Below are positions 25,414 through 34,240 of a stretch of DNA of 64,000 bases, one piece after another. The stretch comes from Clostridia bacterium (GTDB lineage Bacteria > Bacillota > Clostridia > Christensenellales > Aristaeellaceae): assembly GCA_045617125.1 (NCBI GenBank), contig JAZLIA010000034.1, positions 3,739 to 67,738 on the forward strand. Reading direction: 5' to 3'. Position numbers and translations under genes: made by a program. Every line of letters starts with the position of its first letter. Within the stretch, counting starts at the first letter, position 1. The notes beneath the pieces were generated by a model that worked only from the letters and a program-made list of their open reading frames with translations, was not told where the DNA came from and did not search any database.

Positions 25414-26373
25414 TTGAACCGACCGATCCGCGTTTCCGGTGAAAAGTCCGGTGCTGCTCTGTCCATCCGGGGCAGGTTTGCACGCACCCTGAAAAGGGAC
25501 TGGCAGCTTTGGCTGCTTTTGCTTCCGGCACTGCTTTTCTTTCTTGTATTCTGCTATTTCCCGATGTACGGCATCCAGATCGCCTTTCGGGATTATAAAG
25601 CCGCCTTCGGCATAACCGGCAGCAAGTGGGTGGGACTGAAGCATTTTTCCACCTTTTTCAACACCTTCTACTGCGGCCGCATGTTTGCCGACACCTTCCT
25701 GCTGAACCTGTTTGGGCTGATCTTCGGCTTTCCCGTGCCGGTCCTTTTAGCCATCATGCTCAACCAGCTGAAAAGTCAGCGTCTGAAAAGCTTTGCACAA
25801 ACCTCGATCTACATCCCGCACTTCATTTCCACCGTGGTGCTGGCCGGTATCATCTATCTGTTCTTCTCCCCCACCAGCGGCATCGTCAACAAGCTGATCG
25901 AAATGTTCGGCGGAAAATCCATCTACTTTATGATCGAGGAAAGCTGGTTCCGTCCCCTGTTCATCGGCTCGGATATCTGGCAGAACGCAGGATGGAACAC
26001 CATTCTCTATATTGCCACCCTTACCAGCATCGACCCTCAGCTTTATGAAGCCGCCACCATCGACGGCGCCAACCGCTGGCAGAAGATACGGCATATCGAT
26101 CTGCCGCATCTTCTGCCTATCTGCGTCATGATGCTGATCCTCAACTGCGGCTCCCTCCTTTCCTCCAACACGGATAAAGCCCTGCTGCTGCAGACCGCCG
26201 GCAACATCAAGACCTCCGATATCATCGGCGTGTATGTGTACAACACCGGCCTTGGAAAGGCTCAGTTCTCCTACACCACCGCCATCGGTCTGTGCCTGAA
26301 TGTGATCAACTTCGTGATCATCATCACCGTGAACGCCGTGTCCAAAAAAGTAAGCGACATCGGTCTGTTCTGA
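25414..26373 (+). CDS. Sugar ABC transporter permease (LplB/YtcP-like)
   Basis: LKRDWQLWLLLLPALLFFLVFCYFPMYGIQIAFRDYK and an EAA-like region YEAATIDGANRWQKIRHIDLP. TTG start with a GGGAGGAG RBS. Confidence 0.75.
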   Translation: MNRPIRVSGEKSGAALSIRGRFARTLKRDWQLWLLLLPALLFFLVFCYFPMYGIQIAFRDYKAAFGITGSKWVGLKHFSTFFNTFYCGRMFADTFLLNLFGLIFGFPVPVLLAIMLNQLKSQRLKSFAQTSIYIPHFISTVVLAGIIYLFFSPTSGIVNKLIEMFGGKSIYFMIEESWFRPLFIGSDIWQNAGWNTILYIATLTSIDPQLYEAATIDGANRWQKIRHIDLPHLLPICVMMLILNCGSLLSSNTDKALLLQTAGNIKTSDIIGVYVYNTGLGKAQFSYTTAIGLCLNVINFVIIITVNAVSKKVSDIGLF

Positions 26374-26388
26374 GAAAGGAGAACCGGA

Positions 26389-27312
26389 ATGGCTGAAAAA
26401 AGCAAAAGCGTGATCCGCGAAACGAAGCAGGACCGGATCTTCAACGTGATCAATGTAATCTTCTGGGTCATCATTCTGGGCATCGTGCTCTACCCGCTGT
26501 GGCTGATCCTGATCGCTTCTGTATCCGATCCCGATGCGGTGCTGGACGGCAAAGTCCTTTTCCTGCCGGTCGATTTTTCCCTGATGGGCTATGAAGCCGT
26601 ATTTCAGTATAAGGAACTGTGGGGCAGCTACGGCAACTCCATTTTTTACACTGTGGTGGGTGCCGGTTTGAGTGTGATCGTGACCATGATGGCCGCATAT
26701 TCTCTCAGCAACCATTTTGCCGGAAAAAAAGCTGTAAACCTGGCGATCACCGTCACGATGTTCTTTTCCGGCGGTCTCATCCCGATATTCCTGAACATAA
26801 GGGATCTGGGGCTTTACAACACCCGTACCGCGATCATACTGGTGAACACCGTATCCGTGTGGAACCTGATGGTGGCCAGGACCTACATCCAATCCTCCAT
26901 TCCGCACGAATTATATGAGGCCGCTGTGATGGACGGCTCCGACCATATCACCTATTTCATCCGCTGCGTGCTTCCGCTTTCCGGCACCATTCTGGCGGTG
27001 CTGGCCGTTTATTACGCGGTCTCCCGCTGGAACGATTACTTTACGGGCCTGGTATTCCTGAGGGATCGCAGCAAGTATCCGCTTCAGACGATCCTGCGCG
27101 AGATCCTGGCCTCCCTTTCCTCCACCGGCAATTCCGACAGCTTCTTTGAAGCCTATGCGGATAACCTGGGTGGCCTGCAGGAAGCCCTGCGAAAAGCCCA
27201 GGTGGCCAAATACTGCTGCATCGTGGTATCCACCCTGCCCTGTGTGGCCCTGTATATGCTGATGCAGAAATACTTTGTGAAGGGCGTCATGATCGGCTCC
27301 CTCAAGGGCTGA
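26389..27312 (+). CDS. Carbohydrate ABC transporter permease (LplC-like)
   Basis: VLYPLWLILIASVSDP and an EAA-like region YEAAVMDGSDHITYFIRCVLP. Confidence 0.75.
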   Translation: MAEKSKSVIRETKQDRIFNVINVIFWVIILGIVLYPLWLILIASVSDPDAVLDGKVLFLPVDFSLMGYEAVFQYKELWGSYGNSIFYTVVGAGLSVIVTMMAAYSLSNHFAGKKAVNLAITVTMFFSGGLIPIFLNIRDLGLYNTRTAIILVNTVSVWNLMVARTYIQSSIPHELYEAAVMDGSDHITYFIRCVLPLSGTILAVLAVYYAVSRWNDYFTGLVFLRDRSKYPLQTILREILASLSSTGNSDSFFEAYADNLGGLQEALRKAQVAKYCCIVVSTLPCVALYMLMQKYFVKGVMIGSLKG

Positions 27313-27383
27313 CCTCCCTTTGGATCCTGCGTTTCCGGGCACCCCGGAACGAATGATCATATTATTGAAAGGAGATTTTCTTT

Positions 27384-28892
27384 ATGAAGAAGATCGCTGC
27401 TCTGCTTCTGGCCATCATGATGGTCGGAACGATGGCCGTCGCAACGGCCGAGGAGAAGGTGAATCTGACTGCCTTCCAGTATGCGCTGGAAAATCAGAAC
27501 ACCGACTTCAACAACATGTGGTACTTCGAGCAGATCGAAGAACAGACCGGCGTTCATGTGGATTTCCGCATGATCAAGGACGCTGACTGGTCCACCCAGC
27601 TCAGCCTCATGTTCTCCACCCCCAACAACATGGAAGACCTGATCCTCCGCAACCCCGTGGATGTGGAAGATTACGGCGTATCTCAGGGCCTGCTTCTGCC
27701 GCTTGATCAGTATCTGACCGAAGAGATCATGCCCAACTACGTTTCCCGTCTGGGCATGAACGACATCAACGCTTCCATTCCCGCTTCTGACGGCCAGAGC
27801 TACTTCATCGGCTACGTGATCGCCCAGAACGTCAACCACGAGCCCACCTGGTACGTGAACATGACCAAGCTTCAGGAACTGAACCTGGAAGTGCCCACCA
27901 CCATTGAAGAATACACCGAAATGCTGCGTGCCTTCAAGGCCGCCGGCGTCACCTATCCTCTGTGCGATGACGTTTCTGAAAACGGAGCCGAGGGCTGGCG
28001 TTATCTGCTCTCCTCCTTCGGTGTGCCCATCAACTACAACACTTTCCTCTACATTGATGAAAATGACCAGGTCACCTTCTCCGGCTTTGCCCCCGGCTTC
28101 TATGCCGCGATGGATTGGCTGCACACCCTGTATGCCGAAGGCCTGATGGATCCCGAGACCATCACTCAGGATTCCAACACCTGGGCCAACAAGGTCAATA
28201 ACGGCGATGTGGGCGCATTCAACTATCTGCGCCTCATCAACACCGCTTTGACTCCCGAGACCGCTGCCAACTACAAGGCCATCCTGCCTCCCGCTGCCGA
28301 AGGACTGAAGGTCGCCGTGCCCATGGTGATGGAACTGCCCACCGCCGGCGCCTACCTGACCAGCACCAACAAGGATCCCGTGGCTTCCCTGAAGTGGATC
28401 GACGCTCAGATGGAAACCGAAAACATGTTCGTAGCCCAGAACGGTAAGATGGGCGAACAGCTCAAGGTGAACGATGCCGGCCTGTACGAAGTGATCTCCG
28501 TGCCCGAGAACAACGGCCTGTACGATTTCGTGCCCGTTTCCATGGGTCAGTTCTTCGGCCCCGGCGACTACATGACCTCCAACTATCAGATGGCGCCTCA
28601 CCGCATCGAGCGCTATGAAGACAGCAAGGCCTATGCTGAAGCCGGCGTGCTGGAAGCCAAGTCCTTCTGGTATCTGACCACCATGTGCAAGATGAGCAAT
28701 GACGACTCCGTAGAAGCTTCCAACATCTGCACCGAAGTGCGCAAGTTCATGGATGAATCCATGGTGGAATTCATCAAGAACGGCATCACCGAAGAGAGCT
28801 ACGCTCAGTTCACGAACAACGCCGCCTCCCTGCAGGTGGATCGTTACGTGGAGCTCTATCAGGATGCCTACGACGCCTACCTCGCCAAGTGA
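27384..28892 (+). CDS. Extracellular solute-binding protein (LplA-like), transport partner of the two permeases
   Basis: The N-terminal hydrophobic leader MKKIAALLLAIMMVGTMAVATAEE contains no Cys. Family-1-like sequence throughout, with strongly biased C/G-ending codons. Confidence 0.8.
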   Translation: MKKIAALLLAIMMVGTMAVATAEEKVNLTAFQYALENQNTDFNNMWYFEQIEEQTGVHVDFRMIKDADWSTQLSLMFSTPNNMEDLILRNPVDVEDYGVSQGLLLPLDQYLTEEIMPNYVSRLGMNDINASIPASDGQSYFIGYVIAQNVNHEPTWYVNMTKLQELNLEVPTTIEEYTEMLRAFKAAGVTYPLCDDVSENGAEGWRYLLSSFGVPINYNTFLYIDENDQVTFSGFAPGFYAAMDWLHTLYAEGLMDPETITQDSNTWANKVNNGDVGAFNYLRLINTALTPETAANYKAILPPAAEGLKVAVPMVMELPTAGAYLTSTNKDPVASLKWIDAQMETENMFVAQNGKMGEQLKVNDAGLYEVISVPENNGLYDFVPVSMGQFFGPGDYMTSNYQMAPHRIERYEDSKAYAEAGVLEAKSFWYLTTMCKMSNDDSVEASNICTEVRKFMDESMVEFIKNGITEESYAQFTNNAASLQVDRYVELYQDAYDAYLAK

Positions 28893-28944
28893 TCTTTTTC
28901 CGGCCTGATGACCGGATCACAGCCGAGTGACCTCGGATGTACGG

Positions 28945-28983
28945 CGGGCCGGGTCCTGTAAAAAGGGGCCGGCCCGTTTTTCT
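28945..28983 (+). terminator. Rho-independent terminator after the binding-protein gene
   Basis: CGGGCCGG (28945-28952) pairs with CCGGCCCG (28969-28976), followed by TTTTTCTGTT. Confidence 0.7.
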
Positions 28984-29069
28984 GTTCTTCATGCAATAAT
29001 CAGGATCCCTCCGCCTGCCGACAGGGTCCGAAGGCTGAAAAAACACACAGCAGGAAAGAAAGGAATGCT

Positions 29070-30557
29070 ATGAAAACGGTAAAAGTGCGTCTGGACGGCC
29101 CCGGCGGGCTGCCCATGCCGGAAAAGGTGCTGAAAACAGTATATGCCTCCGGCCTCGATTTTGAGCCCGACGAGCGCCGACTGCAGATCCTGCCGGACGG
29201 CACCGTTGAGCTCACCGTATCCTCCTGCCCCTATATGATCCATGCGCAGATCACCGTGCCGCTCTACGGCACCCTCTGGGTGATGGCGGATAACCGGGGC
29301 GAAGGTTACACCGGCGATTTTGTCGATTTTGTTTCCGAAGCAGTGCGCACCTACCGCGCCTGGGCCACGCGGTTCGCAGATAGGATCCGCCTTTCCCCAG
29401 CGGTGAGCGGACACATCCTGGCCGCAGAGGAACTGGAGCATCAGGCCAACCGGGGCAATGACACCCCGGATAACCGACTCTATGCCCTGTCCCACGCGAT
29501 CCTGGCCGCAGAGGGAGCCCTGTATGAGCGTTCGCTCGCAAAGGCGCTCATTTCTCCCCGGTCCGATATGAAGCTGGGCTGTAACTTTTTCCGCTACAGT
29601 TCCGATTCCGCTCTTTACGCCAAGTATTTTTCAAAGCTGTTCAACTTTGCCACCCTGCCCTTCTATGCCTCCCGCACGGTGCCTGAAAAGGACCGGTATG
29701 ATTATTCCTATATCGACCGGGCGCTTTCCTTCCTTTCAGATAAGGGCATCGAAGCCAAGGGCCATCCGCTGTTTTTCGGACATAAGGAAGTGAACCCTTC
29801 CTGGATGTTCTCCCTTTCCTATCCGGAGCTGCGGCACGAAGCCGAAAAGATCGCCGCCCACCACGTTTCCGCCTACCGGGACCGCATTTTCTGCTGGGAC
29901 GCGATGAACGAAGCCCACGACTGGGCCAATTGCTTTGAGCTGACGCAGGATCAGCTGATCGACCTTACCCGCACCACCACGAACGCCCTGAGGGAAAGCA
30001 GCGGCAAGGCCCTTTCGGTGGTCAACGTGTGCCTGCCCTTCGGGGAATATGTCGCCGGCCGCTATAACTGCTACGGTGCGCTGCCGGAGCATCTGCGTTC
30101 CCCGCTCCGGTATTTCAAAACCATTCTGGAGGCAGGCATCGACTTTGACGTTGTGGGCATACAGCTGTATTTCCCCGTTAGGGACATGGTGGCGGTTTCC
30201 CGTATGCTGGATGCTTACGCCGCACTCGGAAAGCCCATCCACATCACCGAAATGGGCGTGAACGGCGGTTTTCGTCAGAAGGGCACCGAGGGAAGCAGCT
30301 GGAGCCAGCTGGATATGTCCCGGGGCACCTGGCACGGGGGCTGGAACGAGCACACCCAGGCCGACTGGATGGAACAATTCTACACCCTGGCTGCTGCCCG
30401 GGAGGAGATCAAAGCCCTCACCTGGTGGGACTTCATCGAGCCCAGCTTTTCCGGAAACGGAGCCTTCCTGTATGAGGATGAGAACCCCCGCGAGATCTAT
30501 TTCCGCCTGCTGGCGCTAAAGGAAAAGATCTTTACTGCTTCGGATATAAAGGTTTGA
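29070..30557 (+). CDS. Cytoplasmic GH10-like (clan GH-A) glycoside hydrolase with an N-terminal region of unknown function (about 190 aa)
   Basis: FNFATLPFY, GIEAKGHPLFF, WDAMNEAHDW (acid/base NE) and PIHITEMGV (nucleophile E) parallel the GH10 motifs. No signal peptide. Confidence 0.6.
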   Translation: MKTVKVRLDGPGGLPMPEKVLKTVYASGLDFEPDERRLQILPDGTVELTVSSCPYMIHAQITVPLYGTLWVMADNRGEGYTGDFVDFVSEAVRTYRAWATRFADRIRLSPAVSGHILAAEELEHQANRGNDTPDNRLYALSHAILAAEGALYERSLAKALISPRSDMKLGCNFFRYSSDSALYAKYFSKLFNFATLPFYASRTVPEKDRYDYSYIDRALSFLSDKGIEAKGHPLFFGHKEVNPSWMFSLSYPELRHEAEKIAAHHVSAYRDRIFCWDAMNEAHDWANCFELTQDQLIDLTRTTTNALRESSGKALSVVNVCLPFGEYVAGRYNCYGALPEHLRSPLRYFKTILEAGIDFDVVGIQLYFPVRDMVAVSRMLDAYAALGKPIHITEMGVNGGFRQKGTEGSSWSQLDMSRGTWHGGWNEHTQADWMEQFYTLAAAREEIKALTWWDFIEPSFSGNGAFLYEDENPREIYFRLLALKEKIFTASDIKV

Positions 30558-30569
30558 TACATACAGCAA

Positions 30570-30618
30570 AAGCCTGATCATCATCCCTCCGGATGAGCTA
30601 CGATCAGGCTTATTATTG
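30570..30618 (+). terminator. Hairpin after the GH10-like gene (weak terminator candidate)
   Basis: AAGCCTGATC (30570-30579) pairs with GATCAGGCTT (30602-30611) across a 22-nt loop, followed by ATTATTG. Confidence 0.35.
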
Positions 30619-30688
30619 TGCGGCAGGTAATTCCATGAACCTGCCTTATTGCATTTTTTCGTGCCTTATTGCATCTTTTCGTATTCTA

Positions 30689-30717
30689 TTGACAGAAAAA
30701 CCATGTGGTGTTATGAT
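30689..30717 (+). promoter_or_regulatory. SigA-type promoter upstream of the LacI-family regulator
   Basis: TTGACA at 30689-30694, a 17-bp spacer, TATGAT at 30712-30717 preceded by TGT (extended -10). Confidence 0.5.
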
Positions 30718-30778
30718 GCTCATGAAAACGATTACATGCTTTATATATTCAGGATGAGCCGAGGGGTGGGAATGCGCC

Positions 30779-31774
30779 ATGGTGAAACTCAAAGATGTCG
30801 CGAAGGCCTGCGGGGTCTCGATCGCGATGGTTTCACGAGCGATGAACGGAATGAGCAATGTCGATCCGCTCAAGGCGCAGATGATCCAGTCTGCGGCGGC
30901 AGAGATGGGCTATGTTCCCAACGCAGCCGCACTCTCACTCAAAATGAACAGTTCGCAGACCATCGGCGTTTTTTATGACGATGAAATGTACCATGAGTAT
31001 TATTCCCTGTTGCTCAACGCACTGCGCCTGTGTACAGAGGAAGCAGGATACGACTTTACCTTCATCAGCCGCAAAATGGAGGACGGAGAAACCTATTACA
31101 CCCACGCCCAGCGCCGTAATCTGGACGGTGTCATCATCATCCAGGCGGATTTTCGTTCCGCTGAAGTAGTCAAGCTGGCCAGAAACGAAGTGCCGGCTGT
31201 GCTCATCGATTATGCATTCAAAGATTGCAATGTGGTGCTCAACGCGAATAGCGAGAGTATGGAGGAAATGGTCAGCCGAGCCTGCAAAATGGGCCATCGT
31301 TCTCTTGCCTTTATCCACGGTCAGCACGGCAATGCAACCGACAGCCGCTTGAATGGCTTCTATAAAGCCTGTGCCGAGCATGGACTCACGGTCGCCAGGG
31401 ACAGTGTGCTGGAATCTGCCTTCCAGGATGCGGAAGGCGTGGCCCGGGCCACCCGTTTTCTGATGGAGCGCCGTGACCGTCCCACCTGCATCTTTTGCCC
31501 GGATGACTACAGCGCCGCCTGGTGTATGAAAGAAATACGCCGCTGTGGGCTGACAGTCGGTAAAAACGTCAGCGTGGTCGGATACGACGGTATCCGTATG
31601 AACGATCTGGTCGAGCCCTCGCTGGCCACCTGGCGGCAGGATTATGAAACCATTGCACGGCAGGCAGTGACACTATTGTGCAGCAATATCAGTGACCCGG
31701 AAATGGAACCAAAGCAGATCTATGTGCCCAGCTGGTTCCAGCCGGGAGATTCTCTCGGAAAGCCCGAAAACTAA
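30779..31774 (+). CDS. LacI-family transcriptional regulator
   Basis: N-terminal HTH MVKLKDVAKACGVSIAMVSRAMNG and YVPNAAALSLK, followed by a periplasmic-binding-protein-like sugar-binding core. Confidence 0.85.
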   Translation: MVKLKDVAKACGVSIAMVSRAMNGMSNVDPLKAQMIQSAAAEMGYVPNAAALSLKMNSSQTIGVFYDDEMYHEYYSLLLNALRLCTEEAGYDFTFISRKMEDGETYYTHAQRRNLDGVIIIQADFRSAEVVKLARNEVPAVLIDYAFKDCNVVLNANSESMEEMVSRACKMGHRSLAFIHGQHGNATDSRLNGFYKACAEHGLTVARDSVLESAFQDAEGVARATRFLMERRDRPTCIFCPDDYSAAWCMKEIRRCGLTVGKNVSVVGYDGIRMNDLVEPSLATWRQDYETIARQAVTLLCSNISDPEMEPKQIYVPSWFQPGDSLGKPEN

Positions 31775-31857
31775 AGCAAAACACACACGGAACCGACTGT
31801 GTTTTTTCCCTTTTGTGTAATCGATTACAATGAACGACAGGAAGGACAGAAGCGAAT

Positions 31858-33648
31858 ATGAAAAAAGGAATCATCTTTCTCTGTTTACTGGCACAGCTGT
31901 TCACATGCACGGTTGCCATAGCGGAAAAAACTGCAGGAGATGACGGTGTGATGCGGGATAAACTGACTGCGATAGAACTGACGCGTCTCATGGGAAACGG
32001 GATCAATCTGGGCAATACCATGGAAGCCTGCAACAATTCGCGCGGCTGTTTCAGCCGGTTTACATCGGTCTATGAGACGATGTGGGGTCAGCCGATCACC
32101 ACACAGGCCATGCTGGACGCGATGAAAGCCGCCGGCTTTGACACGCTCCGCCTGCCTGTTGCCTGGATGACAAACGGCACCGATATGCCCTTTGCCATGA
32201 AGGACCCCACGATCCATGAAACCTATTTGCTCCGCGTCAGGCAGATCGTGGACTATGCCAGAAACGCCGGGATGTATGTGATCATCAACGATCACTGGGA
32301 CGGCGGATGGTGGGGCATGTTCGGATCAGAAAAACCGGAGACCGCCGCTTTCGCCATGGAAGCCTACTGCAGCATGTGGCGGCAGATCGCCGAGTATTTT
32401 AAAGACTACTCCGATTATGTGATCTTTGAGAGCGCCAACGAAGAACTCGGTGCGCGATTCGATGAGGATTCGCCGTGCTTCTGTAAGGATTCCATCGTAT
32501 CCTATCTTTCAGATGAACAGCGTTATGCCCTGACCAACAAAGTGAATCAGGCCTTTGTGGATACCGTTCGCGCCACCGGGGGCAACAACGCCGAACGCTT
32601 TCTTTTGATCGCAGGATACGGTACCGCGATCGACAGCACGATCGATCCCCGCTTTCAAATGCCAACGGACACAGCGGAGCAGAAGCTGATGATCTCTGTG
32701 CATTTCTATGACCCGTGGAGCTACTGCGGCGCATCTTCCGCGTCCGGAGCGACCCATTGGGGCCGTGCGGAGGACTATGACAAAATGCTCAGCCTCCTCC
32801 GTCCAATGACCGCCTTTACAGAGCGGGGTTACGGCGTAGTGATCGGTGAATACGGCGCACTGCCGGCAGATGACGGTTTCAAGGACAACGCGGTCAATTA
32901 TCATCGGGCATTTCTCGATTGCTGTGACGCGCTGGACTTCACTTCCTGCCTGTGGGACTGCAGCGGGTATTTTATCCGCAGGAAGCTGGAAATGGCCGAT
33001 CCCGATATGGCTGCGCTCTATGCCGGGCGAAATGTCGCGGCTGAAAGCGGAAAGACCCTGAATGAGATCATCACAGCGGGCCTTCAATCCCTGGAGAATG
33101 CGAAAAACGCAGCACCGGCAAGTTTCCGTACAGACACGATCAAAGTGACTGACGATGCCTGTGTGGCCTGGATCATGTGGAACAGCGGCGACTGGGCCCA
33201 ATCTTACTCTGTGGGGGATGTATACACACCGGAATCCATCACCCCCGGCCTGAAAGTGACCGATGCCGTGATCGAAGAAAGCGGTGATTATACCATTGCG
33301 CTGGACTTTACAGGAACAGATAAGGGATACTCCAGCAGCGTGGCGTTCAGTGCCATCGGTATCGCCAACGGCGAAACACTGCATCCCGGCTGGTGTGTCC
33401 ATATCGCGGAATGCCGTATCAACGGTGAAACATATACCTTCACGGGGCGCCCCTATACCACCAGCGACAACGGTGTCTGCACGCGGGTCAATCTGTTCAA
33501 TGAGTGGGTGACCGCGGTTCCTGACACAGCCCGGGTGCTGTACGGCACGACAATCGGCGTTTCCGCGCAGCCTCTGGATCGAAACGATCCCGCGCTGAGC
33601 AAGATCAAAACGATCTCCATCACATTCCGTTATGCGCCCCGGGAGTAA
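31858..33648 (+). CDS. Secreted glycoside hydrolase family 5 (cellulase-superfamily) with a C-terminal domain of about 200 aa and unknown function
   Basis: Signal peptide MKKGIIFLCLLAQLFTCTVAIA. Also GINLGNTMEA, FDTLRLPVAW, VIINDHWDGGWWG, VIFESANEE (acid/base), SVHFYDPW and VIGEYG (nucleophile). Confidence 0.75.
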   Translation: MKKGIIFLCLLAQLFTCTVAIAEKTAGDDGVMRDKLTAIELTRLMGNGINLGNTMEACNNSRGCFSRFTSVYETMWGQPITTQAMLDAMKAAGFDTLRLPVAWMTNGTDMPFAMKDPTIHETYLLRVRQIVDYARNAGMYVIINDHWDGGWWGMFGSEKPETAAFAMEAYCSMWRQIAEYFKDYSDYVIFESANEELGARFDEDSPCFCKDSIVSYLSDEQRYALTNKVNQAFVDTVRATGGNNAERFLLIAGYGTAIDSTIDPRFQMPTDTAEQKLMISVHFYDPWSYCGASSASGATHWGRAEDYDKMLSLLRPMTAFTERGYGVVIGEYGALPADDGFKDNAVNYHRAFLDCCDALDFTSCLWDCSGYFIRRKLEMADPDMAALYAGRNVAAESGKTLNEIITAGLQSLENAKNAAPASFRTDTIKVTDDACVAWIMWNSGDWAQSYSVGDVYTPESITPGLKVTDAVIEESGDYTIALDFTGTDKGYSSSVAFSAIGIANGETLHPGWCVHIAECRINGETYTFTGRPYTTSDNGVCTRVNLFNEWVTAVPDTARVLYGTTIGVSAQPLDRNDPALSKIKTISITFRYAPRE

Positions 33649-33758
33649 ATCGAAAGCGGGTGACAATTGTGACACACTTCTTTGGGAGGTGATCACTACT
33701 ATGAGATCTATCAGATCAATGCGATTCTTTATAAATACAGTCAAAATGTGCTAGGGGC

Positions 33759-34181
33759 ATGAGCTCCCGGCTTTTTCATTTGTCGCCCGGTCGGCGACCA
33801 TTTAAGGATACGATTGTGATACAGTATCTCCACACCAAGGAACGGCGACCCATTATCGGTGTTGATTTTGATGACACCCTTTTCAGAAACAGCTACCCCT
33901 GTAATGACGCAGACCCGAACTGGCCGGTCATTCGATATCTGCAGAAACGGAAGTGGGAGGATAATGCTTATCTGATCCTGATCACCTGTCGTTTTCGCCC
34001 TTGGGAAATCGAATTTGCTGCAGAGGCAGCACGCAGGGTCGGCTTGGAATTTGACGCGATCAATGAAAACCTGCCCTTTATGATCGAGAAAGTGGGCGAT
34101 CCCCGGAAGATCTACTGCAATGAGTACATTGATGACAAAAATCTGTCGATCAGAAAAATTGAAAAAATCATGGCGCAGTGA
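33759..34181 (+). CDS. Small HAD-like (nucleotidase/phosphatase-like) hypothetical protein
   Basis: IIGVDFDDTLF is DxDxT-like. The likely true start is GTG at 33816, 7 nt after AAGGA, because the first 19 codons look non-coding. Confidence 0.45.
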   Translation: MSSRLFHLSPGRRPFKDTIVIQYLHTKERRPIIGVDFDDTLFRNSYPCNDADPNWPVIRYLQKRKWEDNAYLILITCRFRPWEIEFAAEAARRVGLEFDAINENLPFMIEKVGDPRKIYCNEYIDDKNLSIRKIEKIMAQ

Positions 34182-34182
34182 G

Positions 34183-34206
34183 TAATACTAAACGAGTTTT
34201 AAAAAC
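34183..34206 (+). repeat. 24-nt fragment of the left arm of the intergenic repeat family
   Basis: TAATACTAAACGAGTTTTAAAAAC matches 59393-59416 at 23 of 24 positions. It begins 2 nt after the stop codon of the 33759 ORF. Confidence 0.7.
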
Positions 34207-34236
34207 GGGATGGACAGGACCGTCCCGTTTTTCCTG
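34197..34236. terminator. Bidirectional rho-independent terminator between convergent genes
   Basis: AAAAACGGGATGG ... CCGTCCCGTTTTT forms a stem of about 9 bp or more, with an A tract on one side and a T tract on the other. Confidence 0.65.
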
Positions 34237-34240
34237 TTTC

